64,000 bases of DNA from Mustelus asterias (Eukaryota): contig NC_135830.1 in NCBI RefSeq assembly GCF_964213995.1, positions 16,492,001 through 16,556,000 on the forward strand. Reading direction: 5' to 3'. Of the stretch, positions 1-10,668 are shown one piece after another (position 1 is the first letter of the stretch; every line of letters begins with the position of its first letter). A program made the translations under genes and the position numbers. The notes beneath the pieces were generated by a model. That model was not told where the DNA came from, did not search any database, and saw only the letters and a list, made by a program, of their open reading frames with translations.

Positions 1-37
1 GTTTTGTACAGGTTCAGCCCAGCTGTGAGTCTCTGTG
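1..37 (-). promoter_or_regulatory. 23-bp-spacer recombination signal sequence (23-RSS)
   Basis: Heptamer CACAGAG (31-37), exactly 23 nt of spacer (8-30), and nonamer start ACAAAAC cut by the window edge, directly after the V coding end. Confidence 0.92.
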
Positions 38-341
38 GGTCTCAGTGCGCAGTAATACACCACGGAGTCTGCCAGCTCTGTTTTAGACACCTTCAGTGGG
101 ACGGTGCGGGCTGTATCATTGAGCTCCGCAGAAAAACGGTACTCTGAAGACCTGTCTGTGTTCCCGGTGTATTTATTTGTCTGCACCAGATACTCCATGG
201 ACCCGCTGGGATACTGACGGTACCAGAATAGATAAATGTGGTTGCTTGTCGTTGTATAATTACAGAACAACCTAACATCATCTCCTTCAGTGACAGTGAC
301 TGCAGTCGGTGTCTGTGTAACAGAATCTTCTCGGGAATGTC
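38..341 (-). CDS. T-cell receptor alpha/delta-type variable (V) exon
   Basis: After the acceptor ccttacag| the minus strand reads open: (R)HSREDSVTQTPTAVTVTEGDDVRLFCNYTTTSNHIYLFWYRQYPSGSMEYLVQTNKYTGNTDRSSEYRFSAELNDTARTVPLKVSKTELADSVVYYCALR. It has the first V-domain Cys, WYRQ, and DS-x-VYYCAL, and abuts an RSS. Confidence 0.95.
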
Positions 342-424
342 CTGTAAGGGTACAAATAAATATTAACTTACACAATGCGACTTGACTGTTTCGGCCCAGA
401 ATCTGCCCGCCATGTTGAACAACA

Positions 425-750
425 AAGTCATAAAGTCACGACAGTGCAGAAGGAGGCCATTCGACTTATCGAGTCTGCACTGACAACAATCTTACGGAGG
501 CCCTATCCCCGTACCTCCACATATTTACCCTGCTAATCCATCTAACCTACGTATCCCAGGGCACAAAGGGTCTCAAACTCTCAAACTTAGCATGGCCAAT
601 GCAACTAACCCGCACATCTTTGGAATGGGAGGAAACCAGAGGGAAGAACGTGCAAACTCCACACAGACAGTGACCTAAACCGGGAATCGAACCCAGTTTC
701 CTGGAGCTGTGAGGAAGCAATGCTAACCACTGTCTCACCGTACCGCCCAC
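425..750 (-). mobile_element. HE1-type tRNA-derived SINE in the V-gene intron
   Basis: Minus strand reads GGGCGGTACGGT..CAGTGGTTAGCATTGCT..GGTTCGATTCCC..CACTGTCTGTGTGGAGTTTGCAC, with a CR1-like 3' tail. Confidence 0.85.
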
Positions 751-1205
751 AATAATAACCTCAAAGACAAATCAGACAACTGAACAGAAAGATATTTTTC
801 ACAGTATATTCGCTGGAACGGGAAGGTGCTTGTGGTGATCGAATAAAACTTCCATCATAAACATTCCACACTTACTAACGAGATCAGTTCCTCTGTTACT
901 GTAACAGGAACTGCTCACTCTCTGTGTTTAAAAGTCTGGCGTTTGCAAAGACATTCACTGGCACCAGAGGAGTTTGAATCTCAGCCTAACTATTCCTCTC
1001 TCATTCCCTGGGGTAAATGTGCCAACTCCCAACAAACAGTGTTCTGTTTTGAGACCAGCGAGATCCGAATGACTTTTCGAAATTGGGATCAATCCATTTC
1101 CCCGATCACCCACCCCTCGCCCGTTGCATTGACCCCATTGAGCTCAACAGAATATAATGTGTGGTAAAGATGTGAAACACAGAATTGAGTAACTTGTGAA
1201 CCTAC

Positions 1206-1257
1206 GGCTTAAAAGAGCTGACGCTGTGAGGAATAAGTACAGCGTAACAGGAGACAT
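1206..1257 (-). CDS. Leader (signal peptide) exon of the TCR V segment
   Basis: ATG at 1257, MSPVTLYLFLTASALLS plus 1 nt, donor gtaggt. Phase 1 matches the V exon acceptor at 341. Confidence 0.88.
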
Positions 1258-1334
1258 GTTTGACGGGAGCTCGGACGGATTTGACCAGAGCTGGTTGAAG
1301 CTGAAATTGTTTGCGGCAAGAAATGGGTAGAAGT

Positions 1335-1400
1335 TGAGTCACATCCTGGCTCCTGCTGATTGGTTCATTGCCAACAACGTCATCACGTGGCATCCAATCG
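1335..1400 (-). promoter_or_regulatory. Putative TCR V promoter motif cluster
   Basis: AP-1 TGAGTCA 1335-1341, ETS-like CAGGATGT 1341-1348, CCAAT boxes, CRE half-site TGACGT 1377-1382 and E-box CACGTG 1384-1389, 80-140 bp upstream of the leader ATG. Confidence 0.6.
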
Positions 1401-2004
1401 ACTCAAGCTCCTGTTTTCCTGAATTCAACCAATAATTTCACAGCTCCTTTACCTCCAGTTAGTTCTATTGGTGGAGGGACGAAAGGGACAAAGTGAATTT
1501 CTTTATCGCACGACAGGGAATTTGACAGGAATTGAAAGGATTTTTGGCTGTTTAACCCTTCCAATCACTCGGGTGAAGATAACGGAAGGAAACAGCGTTT
1601 GATTTTTCAGTACCTGTGCCTGAGGTCTCAATTAAATTAGCTTCTCTCTAACGATGAAAAATCTCCACAGCCGTAAGCTGCAGCCCGGGAGTCATGAGGG
1701 ATTGGAATAGAACAATGTGTTAAATAGATAAACGCCACATTGTAAATGAAATAAATGATTGAAGGGAGTTCATTGTGTGTTTGATGCATATGCGCAGAAT
1801 GGGCATGTGTGTTCAACGCACGGGCTCAGTGATGTTGGAGTGAGATGTTATTTAGAAATATTTATAGGTTTCTTCCTTTAAAAATAACTATGTTTACAAT
1901 AACTTAATATTAACTAACAGAGCCACAGGCTTCCACTGAAAATTGTTGTTTGCATTTAAACCTATTTGATTCAATACACTGGTCAAACCTTCTTTCACAG
2001 CATC

Positions 2005-2071
2005 TTCCGAAACCGCAATCCCTAACAACTGTGATGATTGCGCCAAATCCTAATCACTGGACTACCAGGAA
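2005..2071 (-). pseudogene. tRNA-Glu remnant
   Basis: The 5' half TTCCTGGTAGTCCAGTGATTAGGATTTGGCGC matches tRNA-Glu; the 3' half is decayed. Paralogous to 35089-35154. Confidence 0.55.
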
Positions 2072-2194
2072 ACTGCCTCCAAGGTTTTTAATCTAAACTA
2101 CTCATGCTAACTTGGCGCTTTGCTTCTATTCCAACATTTACTTTTTGTACACCAGGGACAAGTCTGTCTAACAAGTGCCCCTTGATATAAAAAC

Positions 2195-2770
2195 ATTTAC
2201 TGCGGATGCTGGAATCTGAAACAAGAACAGAAAATGCTGGAAAATCTTAACAGGCCTGAAAGCACCTGTGAAAAGAGAACAGAGTGAACGTTCACTGTCT
2301 GGATGACCCTTCGTTAGAGCTGAAGACAAATAAATTTGGACGAGATTTATACTGTAATGGTGAGGGATATGGGTGTGGGGTGGATGACCAAGGTGTCACA
2401 TATAAATAAATAAAAAACAAAGGGAATTCATCATGGCTAAGAAGGGTGCTGCTGACTGCCCATTTAGAGATCAGAATGTGTAAATGGCAGGACAAAGAAT
2501 ATGTAAGGGATGGCCCGAGTGGAGTGGAGGGAGAGGGAGCTACAAGATCGAAAGTGAGATTTTAATTAAACAATGCAAAACATGGAAATTAATATATGTA
2601 TGAGCAATATACAATAATAAAAATATATAAATAAGATGAAATTTATTAAAACAAAATAAATGGAAATGGGGTGAAGATGGAGGAGAGGAGATGTTCTGAA
2701 GTTGTTAAACTCAATGTTAAGTCCATAACGCAGGAAGTGCTGAATCGGGCGATGTTCCTCCAGTCTGCGT
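2195..2770 (-). mobile_element. Penelope-like element 3' remnant
   Basis: Same terminus as 4560-4668 and 34385-34960, with a decayed GIY-YIG C-terminal end. Confidence 0.6.
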
Positions 2771-2779
2771 TCAAGTACC

Positions 2780-3035
2780 TCCTGATGTTTATTGCCCCTT
2801 CCGTCACGTTACTGACGATTAAGAGTAGACTGGTGGTAATTGGCAGCGTTGGATTTGACCTGACTTATGCAAACCGGGAAGGTTGGGCAAAATGTAGCAT
2901 TGGCGGATGATGCCAGTACTACAGCTTAGGAACAGTTTCGCGAAGGTTGCGGTGAGTTCTGACGCGCAATTCTTCAGCACCATTGTCAGAATATTTTTCA
3001 GGGCCATAGTATTTGCTCTTTCCAATGCCTTCAAG
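2780..3035 (-). mobile_element. Old LINE reverse-transcriptase-region fragment
   Basis: ORF 2819-3034 (MVLKNCASELTATFAKLF) resembles the LINE pre-RT motif. An inverted paralog lies at about 34115-34380. Confidence 0.55.
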
Positions 3036-3400
3036 GTTTTTTTCTTGAAAACATATGGAATAGTGAAGTGTATCTGTTTCTTTGAGTATCAATCCCACTC
3101 TGGCTCTGTCTTTCTTTCCCTCTGTAGTTCTGCCTCAGTCCTTCCCTCTCTCCGTCCAGCTATTCATTCCCCTCTTTTGTTTTTGTTCCTTCTATGCTCT
3201 TCCTGTCTGGGTGGACCAAAAGAGAAATTGAGTTGATTCCTGAAATGAGGCGGTTGTTGAGCTGGGGATCCGCCCTGATTTTAAATGGCGATCTAATCCA
3301 GTGTGATCTAATCCAACTCCATTGATTCTGTTCACTGCCAATATCGGTTTGATAGCAATGACTTCTGCTGGTGTCATTGATGGGAAGTCTAAGACACTAA

Positions 3401-4668
3401 GGTGCATCGAATGAAGCTTGTGTTCCTTTACATCTGCAAGAAACAGGAAAAGTTTTTTTGTTAATATGTTGAATGATACAGAGGATGAAATGAAAATGGG
3501 AACAGGGACAGCGTTGAGAGAGAGTAAGACAGTATTGCTGGAGACAGATGTCGAGTGTCTTCAAATGGCAGCGCATGGGATAGCTTGTGTTTCTTTACAT
3601 CAGCTAGAAACAGGAAAAAGTTTTTTGTTAAGACCGTCGAATGATGTGTATGATGATGCCACCACCAAACACATCTGCCCTTCACTCCTTCTGTCAACAT
3701 TCCGCAGAGACCGTTCCCTCTGGGATAACCTGGTCCACTCCTCCCCCATCACCTTCCATTGCAATCGCAGAAGGTGTCACATCTGTCCTTTTACCTATTC
3801 TTTGCTCACCATCCGAAGTCCAAAACATACATTCCAGGTTAAGCAGCGTTTCACTTGCACGTTTTTCAATTTGGTGCATTGCATTTGCCGCTCCAAATGT
3901 GGTCTCCTCTATATCAGAGAGAACAAGAGTAGACTGGGTGATTGCTTTGCTGAGCACTTTCGTCATGTGCGCAATCAGTATCCTGACTTTCTGGTTGCTT
4001 TCCACTTTAACATGCGATCCTGCTCTCATGCCCACATGTCTATCCTTAGCTTGGTACAATATTCCAGTGAAGCTCAACGCAAAGTGGAGGAACAGCATCT
4101 CATCTTCTGGCAAGGCACTTTACAGCTTTCCGGGCACAACATCGAATTCAACAACTTCAGATGATTTGCTCTACCCCATCTCGTCCCCCTATGTTTTCAC
4201 TCTATTTTATTTAATTTTTTACTGTTCTCTAACTTTTATTTCTTTATTGTCTTTCTTCATTTTTTCTTCCTACTGTCCCCCTACTTCATCCCCTCCCCTT
4301 ATCTTCTCCCCCCCCCCACCACCACTTCCCCTTTTCAACATTCTACCTCTGTCCCATCCCACCGATCACCCCGCCACCACAGCCGCCCCCCCCCCCCCAA
4401 CATTTTCATCTGATACAGCTTGCAGCTTCTCTGCCATTTAGCCATCTACACCCTTTATTCTCTCTGTGGATAGCTATTAGCAGTATTTACCCCTGGTTTC
4501 TATAGCTATGACTCATCCTTCATTTCCATCCCCCTGCAGCATAAATATCTCCCATTTTGTATGCATTTTACCTTTGACAAAGGGTCATCTGGAATCGAAA
4601 CATCAGCTCTTTTCTCTCCTTACAGATGCTGCCAGACCTGCTAAGATTTTCCAGCGTTTTATCTTTTG
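3401..4668 (+). mobile_element. Penelope-like retroelement insertion (GIY-YIG endonuclease remnant plus terminal repeat)
   Basis: ORF 3418-4164 contains CNRRRCHICP, FTC..NLVHCICRSKCGLLYIRENKSRLGDCFAEH, VAFHFN and EEQHLIF..GTL..GHNIEF. It is flanked by a 14-bp duplication (3387-3400 and 4669-4682, 2 mismatches). Empty sites occur in the paralogs at about 18730 and 33745. Confidence 0.85.
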
Positions 4669-4935
4669 GTCGAAGGCACTAAATTTAGGATAGCGATATT
4701 TGTAGAGGAGTGGATCAAATCCCTCCACGGTCAGATTTTCACTTATATTACTATAAACGTTGTGAATATCTTTGGTCAAAGATGTGATTCCTAAAATTGA
4801 ATGCAGTAGAATGCATCATCATTCATTTTGATTAGAGGAACCAGCAGACAGAATGTAAAGTGAGCAACTGACCGGCTTGTCGAATGAGCGTGGTTGCTCC
4901 AGCAGTAAGCCGAAACTACTCCATGCACATGAACT

Positions 4936-5008
4936 GTTTCTGTAGTGTCGTGGTTAGCACGTTTGCTTCACATGCTGAAAATCCACCTTTCGAGACCAGC
5001 CAGGAGCG
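4936..5008 (+). pseudogene. tRNA-Val(CAC) pseudogene
   Basis: GTTTCTGTAGTGTCGTGGTTAGCACG..TTCACA; T-arm and acceptor stem disrupted. Confidence 0.7.
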
Positions 5009-5996
5009 TTTCCAACCGGTTTTATTTCAAATTGATTCAAATTTCAGAACTATCTCGTTTCTCACGAAACATTAATTAAGCTTATGAGTTCCTGCGGCAT
5101 TGAAGACGGGAATCACTCAATAATTAGATTAAAAGGGAAGGTTTGTGATGGAGAGCATAACAGAATGGATTGACTGACACAAGGAATGATGGACCAGGTC
5201 AACATTGGTTGGTTCTCGTTATTTATAAACTTTGCTGCTTTCCTGGATGAACTCCAGCTCTCCATTCCTCGGCAGTAAGTAACCATTCGACTGGAGACTG
5301 GCAATTATTGAGCAAGAGTGTGTATGTGTGTGTGTGTGTGCGTGTGTGTTTTGCGAGAAAGTCCTCGTGTCGTACGTCAGAGTGCGACCGTTTCCATGGT
5401 GTCATGCTTAGCAATCTGAACTTTCGCCGTCCCAACTCAGGCTTATATTGGGACAGATGAGTGAGTGAATGGCACCCGTAGGTGGACCCCCTGCAAAATA
5501 TATATTCAATTGGTAACATCTTTTGAAATGATTAATCCTCATTTTATTTCATTTCATGTCAAACAGGGTGACACATCCGTGTATCTAATTTTAAAAAAAA
5601 TCTCAACCCTTTAACTACGTAAGGAGATAAAGTTCAGTCAAAGAAAACTAATCCAAATTGAACGAGAAAAAAAGACGCTGAAGTTAATGCAAATCATTTT
5701 TACCAGAACATTTAATCCATCCATCCATCCATCCATTTTTACCAGAATGTTTTACCACAGTCAGGTTTATAACAGTTCGATACCAGCATTGCTCTTTGCA
5801 CGTGGTGAGCTACATGAAATTTAATGCATTTGAAGACAGCTTACTCATTTTTTTTCAGGAGGAACCAACAAGGGTAATGTAAATATGAATTGCTGTGGGT
5901 AATTGACGGGCTTGTGCAATGGGACTGATATTGCTCCCGGCTGTCCAAATTGGCACAAATATTGAGCGACCATTTGCAGCTCGTTGTCGTGTGGTG

Positions 5997-6068
5997 GGTT
6001 CCGTGGTGTAATGGTGAGCACTCTGGACTTTGAATCCAGCGATCCGAGTTCAAATCTCGGCGGGACCT
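5997..6068 (+). tRNA. tRNA-Gln(TTG), apparently intact
   Basis: 72 nt. Acceptor GGTTCCG/CGGGACC, anticodon arm CTGGA-CTTTGAA-TCCAG, intact A and B boxes (GTTCAAAT). Confidence 0.93.
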
Positions 6069-6091
6069 TGCTTCAATTTGCAAATGCAGAT

Positions 6092-6408
6092 TGTTAAAAA
6101 ATACTTTTTCAATTCTATCAAATCAAGTCCAATTCATGGTCTCAACAAGTTGAGAAATTTCCGATCCAAGCTGACAAGACAGGGCCTTCACTCTTGTCTT
6201 GCGCCTGATCGACATGAGCCAAGCTGATTGGAGTAGGTGCAGACTCACCTCCTTCAAGGCTTGATCTCATTTGCATCTTAGCCAAAAGGCCGAGATGCCG
6301 CTTTTAAAAATTGCTTCAAATGAAGCTTAAATGTAACCTAATGACCTCCACCAAACGCAACATCCGATCCATACTAAACTTGATCTTAGCCAAAAGGCCG
6401 AGAAGCCT
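6092..6408 (-). mobile_element. U2 snRNA-headed SINE-like insert, copy 1
   Basis: U2 nt 4-39 at 6371-6406, a second U2-like segment at 6275-6295, a structured body and an A-rich tail. Flanked by tttgcaa(at/gt)(g/a)cagat repeats. Confidence 0.7.
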
Positions 6409-6423
6409 TTTGCAAGTACAGAT

Positions 6424-6773
6424 TTTTTTATATATATTTTTTTTTAAATATACTTTTCTAATTCAATCAAATCAAGTCCAATTCAGAGTCTCAACAAGTT
6501 GAGACATTTCCGATCCAGGCTGGCAAGACAGGGCAAGCGACCATTTACCCTGTCCTGGGCCCGATCTACATGAGCCAAGCTGATTGGAGGAGGGAAAGCA
6601 ATACCTCCTCCAAGACTTGATCTCTTTTGCATCTTAGCCAAAAGGCCGAGATACCGCTTTTAAAAATTGCTTCATATGAAACATATGAATCTTCAATGTA
6701 ACCTAATGACCTCAACCAAGTGCAGCATCCAATCCAAACTACACTTGATCTTAGCCAAAAGGCCGAGAAGCCT
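6424..6773 (-). mobile_element. U2 snRNA-headed SINE-like insert, copy 2
   Basis: Perfect U2 nt 4-37 at 6738-6771, a second U2-like segment at 6631-6651, hairpins and an A/TA tail. Identical 15-bp flanks at 6409-6423 and 6774-6788. Confidence 0.72.
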
Positions 6774-7445
6774 TTTGCAAGTACAGATGATTGATATACT
6801 GAAGGGCATTTTGTTTAAATTTGTTAAAAAGGACGAACCGAGAAGACAATTTACGAGCCAGTTCAACGACTATCACAATGCACATTGCTGAACCTCTGGC
6901 ACCAGATGCCTGCAACGTCAATGCTTTTCATATTTTCGCTACTCTTTAACTCCTCAGTTGAAAGAGGGAAGCAGTTGGTGTCGGAGAACAATAAATTGAC
7001 TGGAGTTCGGCATGTGTGTGCGTGCGTAAGTGCGCACGCGCGCGCGTGTGTGTGCGTGTGGCGGTGTGTGTCTGCGTTGTGGTAGAAAAGTCTCCTGTCT
7101 TCGATCAGAGTGCTGCCGATTCTAAGGTGTAACGCACTCTGGCCTCTCGCTCCGACTTCTTGATTAAATTGGGACAGATGAGTGACTGAATGCCACATGT
7201 AGGTGGACCCCTTGCCCACTATGGCTTCCCTGCCTTTCAGCGCTGTGTATTCATGAGCAATTGCCCTCTGGGGCTGATGCAATGACGCCAGGAGAGTCAT
7301 TCGCTGCATCATCTGCAATGTGACTGCGGTGGAATTTGATGAAATTTCCCTCAGTGTTTAGATTTCCACTTTCTGCGAATTTAAAATGAAATGCCCTTCA
7401 ACAAACCCAACATCGCTGCAAATAGCAGCTGGCTGCTCTGTTGTA

Positions 7446-7509
7446 GGATCTCTGGTCTAATGGTGAGCATATGAATCCAGCGAACCGAATTTAAATTTAG
7501 GCGGATCCT
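7446..7509 (+). pseudogene. tRNA-Gln remnant
   Basis: TGGTCTAATGGTGAGCA..TGAATCCAGCGA with an anticodon-arm deletion. The downstream flank is homologous to that of the 5997 gene. Confidence 0.6.
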
Positions 7510-8390
7510 TGCTCTTCTTTGCCATTGTTGAGGATGGATTTGTTGAAGGACCTTTTGTTTAAATTCCTCACAAAGCAGGAATTGGGGTGACAATTTGTCA
7601 GCCAGTTCAACTTCTATTACACTGCACATTGCTGAGCCACTGGCGACAGGTGCCTGCATCAACAATGTGTTTTTTTTAAATCTTTCACTACTCGTTAACT
7701 CCTCTGTTGAAAGAAAGGAACATTTGGTGTTACACACCAACAACCATTCGACTGGAGACTGGCAATTATTGAGCAAGCGTGTGTGTGTATCTGTGTGCGT
7801 GTGCGTGTGTGTGTATGTCTTTTGGGAGAAAGGCCGAATGTCAAAGGTCAGAGTGCTGTCGTTTCCATGGTGTGACTCTTCGCAATCTGGACTCTCGTCA
7901 TCCCACCTCTTGTTTAAATTAGGACAGATGAGTGAGTGAATGGCACCCCGAGGTAGACCCCCTCCAAAATATATATTGAATTAAGAACGTATTTTGAAAT
8001 GATTAATCCTCATTTTGTATTATTTCATGTCAAACAGGGTGACACATTGTTGTATCTTATTATTAATTAAAACATCTACCCTTTAACTACGTAAGGAGGC
8101 AAAGTTCAGTTAAAGAAAACTAATCTAAATGGAATTAGAAAAAAATACACTGAAGTTACGGCAAATACAGGGAGAGAACTCTATTTAGGACCTTGTGATA
8201 AGATGTAAGGCTGGAGTGATTGAATGACATTGCGGATGATTGTTGTTACCACAGACACAATCTCCCGGATCCTCGTTCAAATCTCACGCAAAATGAGAAG
8301 AAAACTTCCCGCTGAATTAAGCACAAACTCTTCGAATGCCGGGGAAGCAGAGATAGGGTTAACTCAGAAAGCAGGAACCGTGAGATTAAT

Positions 8391-8606
8391 AGGGCAGCAG
8401 GGTGGCACGCTGGTTCGCACTGCTTCATCACAGCGACACTGACCCGTGTCGTTGTGATTCCCGGCTTGAGTCACTGCCCGTGTGGAGTTTGCAAGTTCTC
8501 CCCGTGAATGCGTGGGTTTCCTCCCACAGTCTGAAAGAGGTGCTGGTTAGGTGCACTGACCCGAAAAGGCGCTGGAGTGTGGTGACTCGGGGAATTTCAC
8601 AGTAAA
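8391..8606 (+). mobile_element. HE1-related SINE (decayed)
   Basis: GGCAGCAGGGTGGCAC..GTCACTGCCCGTGTGGAGTTTGCA. Paralog at about 21790-22030. Confidence 0.7.
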
Positions 8607-9075
8607 TTGCTTGACACTCAAACCAGGTGGGTAAACGGCGTCTCAGCATGTCCGAAGTCAAACTGTCGCCCCATTTTCAGTCGTTTCAATCAGCTCACCT
8701 CTCAATTTTCTAATCTAACGAGAGAACAGTCTCATCCCACTGCATCACTCCTCCCAGAACAACTGCCTCATTATAGGATTAAATCCAGTGAACCTTTGTT
8801 AAACGTAGAGAATAGAGGGAGCAAAGTGCAAAAGGGGGAACAGTGATCGATGCACAGACAGAGAGACTGAAAGAGTGAAAGAGTCTGAGACAGGTTTTCA
8901 GCAACAGAGAGGGACAGAGAGTGAGGCAGACACCCACAACCCAATATACAAACAACAACTCTCTGAACCCACAAGCATGGAATGCTCTGATTGGGTGAAT
9001 AAGAATTAAGTGAATGTCCGCAAAAATTGTCACTTTTTGAAAATGTCTAGATTCTCTGTGAGTGTGCTGTGCTAA

Positions 9076-9330
9076 CAAGAACAAAGAACAAAGAACAAAG
9101 AACAATACAGCACAGGAACAGGCCCTTCGGCCCTCCAAGCCCGCGCCGCTCCCCAGTCCAGGATTGAATCCTGAATCCAGGATCCCCACCCAATTTTCCA
9201 GCCTATCTACATACCAATATCCTATCCACCGAGCTGTCCCTCACAGCTACGATGCTTTGTTCATTACAACCTATTAACTTACCCCCACCCCCCCATTCCA
9301 GACCATGTGATCTCCAGGGAGAGGCGAAAA
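9076..9330 (-). mobile_element. CR1-family 3' UTR fragment with (AAAGAAC)n tail
   Basis: Matches the 3' UTR at about 60700-60903 and 61992-62042. Confidence 0.75.
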
Positions 9331-9443
9331 CAGAAGCCTTGCAGTCAGTGCTCGGGTTATCAAGTCCTACCCCATGTGAACCAATTCCAACATATCACGG
9401 GAAATAAACAAACAGAATCCGCTACTTGTCCATTTCGGAACAA

Positions 9444-9533
9444 AGGCTTGCCCACAATTTGAACCCGGGACCGCTCGCACGTTTGCGGATTTTAACATCT
9501 GAAGCGAGAATCACACCCCTAGTCCATCAAGCC
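9444..9533 (-). pseudogene. Intron-containing tRNA-Pro-derived pseudogene (anticodon now CAG)
   Basis: GGCTTGATGGACTAGGGGTGTGATTCTCGCTT-CAG-A [TGTTAAAATCCGCAAACG] TGCGAGCGGTCCCGGGTTCAAAT..CAAGCC, i.e. 72+18 nt. The T-stem is broken. Confidence 0.8.
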
Positions 9534-10597
9534 ATCTCTCAAATAACATGTCAAGCAAATGTATTTTCACTGCCATGTAAAAGCGGATCCGACATCTGCA
9601 CTGAAATGTGTTGAGGTTGGAAAAACTCAGGAAGTTAACCGGCGTGTGTGCAGATGGAAACAAAGTTAAACCTTCACCTCCATGACCTTTCATTAACATT
9701 GGGAATGTTTAGAAATAGAAAAAGTTTTAAAAAGTGAAATCGAGCAGGGAGGAATCATAACAACATCTGGTAGCGTGGAAGCCAGGAGAAAATAAATGAG
9801 GGAAACAGAGAATGACAGAATGATTACACCACAGAATGAGACGATTACAACGTTACTTGCACGACTCACATGTGTTGTGGGTGTAGGGGAAGCAGAGGAC
9901 GTACTGTACATATACTTCAACAGAACTGCAGTGATGAGGTTGGTGGGCTTGAAAATTGAACGTTACACATCGAATCATAGGAACATGGGAATTGGGAGCA
10001 GATGTCGGCAAATTCAGCCCTTTGGTCCTGCTCCACCATTCAATCAGATCATTGTTGACCTCTCCTTGATCTGAAATCCACCTCTCCACCTGTTCTCCAT
10101 ATCCTTTAATGCATTTTTCTTTACCAGAACTAAATCTATCCTTTCTTGAAATCATTGAACGATTCAGATTCGACCGCGCTATGGAGCAGCGAGTTCCACC
10201 AATTCACCACCCTCTGCGAGCAGTAGTTCCCCTTCATCTCAGTGTTCAATGTACCGGCTCTCAAACTATAGACGTGATCTCTTGTTCGACATTGCCCCAT
10301 AGGAAGAAACGTTTCGTCTACCTTTGCTCTATCAATCCATTTAGAGTTTTATATACCTCGATCAGATTCTCCTTCATCCTTCTAAACTTCAGCAGCTTGT
10401 GGGATTATTTCACCTCACCCTCAATTCCATGTCCCAACGAATTCAATCCGTGTTGTCATCAGCTGAAGGAGGCATTTATGTTCTATCCAAACAGAACATT
10501 TTGAAGGAGAAACATGTCACAAGTGAAAAAGATCTGAGATAGAAATAATAAGCAAGGGACATAAGTTAAGTCAGTTTAAAAAACACAGTTCACCAGT

Positions 10598-10668
10598 TTC
10601 CCTGATAGTTCAGTGTTTGTGTTCAACACTCCCCCAGGGATAACTTGTTTCAATTCCCGCTGAGGAAA
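10598..10668 (+). pseudogene. Highly decayed tRNA-Glu-like remnant
   Basis: Weak similarity only; supported by the better-preserved paralog at 23835-23906. Confidence 0.35.

Noticed and set aside
93-281. ORF-track 62-aa ORF, and ORF 1202-1393
   Set aside because: Both are wrong-frame overlaps of the TCR V exon and leader.
6270-6771. Functional U2 snRNA genes
   Set aside because: Only the first ~37-39 nt match; there is no Sm site or U2 3' stem-loops.
9499-9501. Pro-body tRNA with a Leu (CAG) anticodon as a mistranslating tRNA
   Set aside because: The T-stem, acceptor and discriminator are damaged; decay is the simpler explanation.
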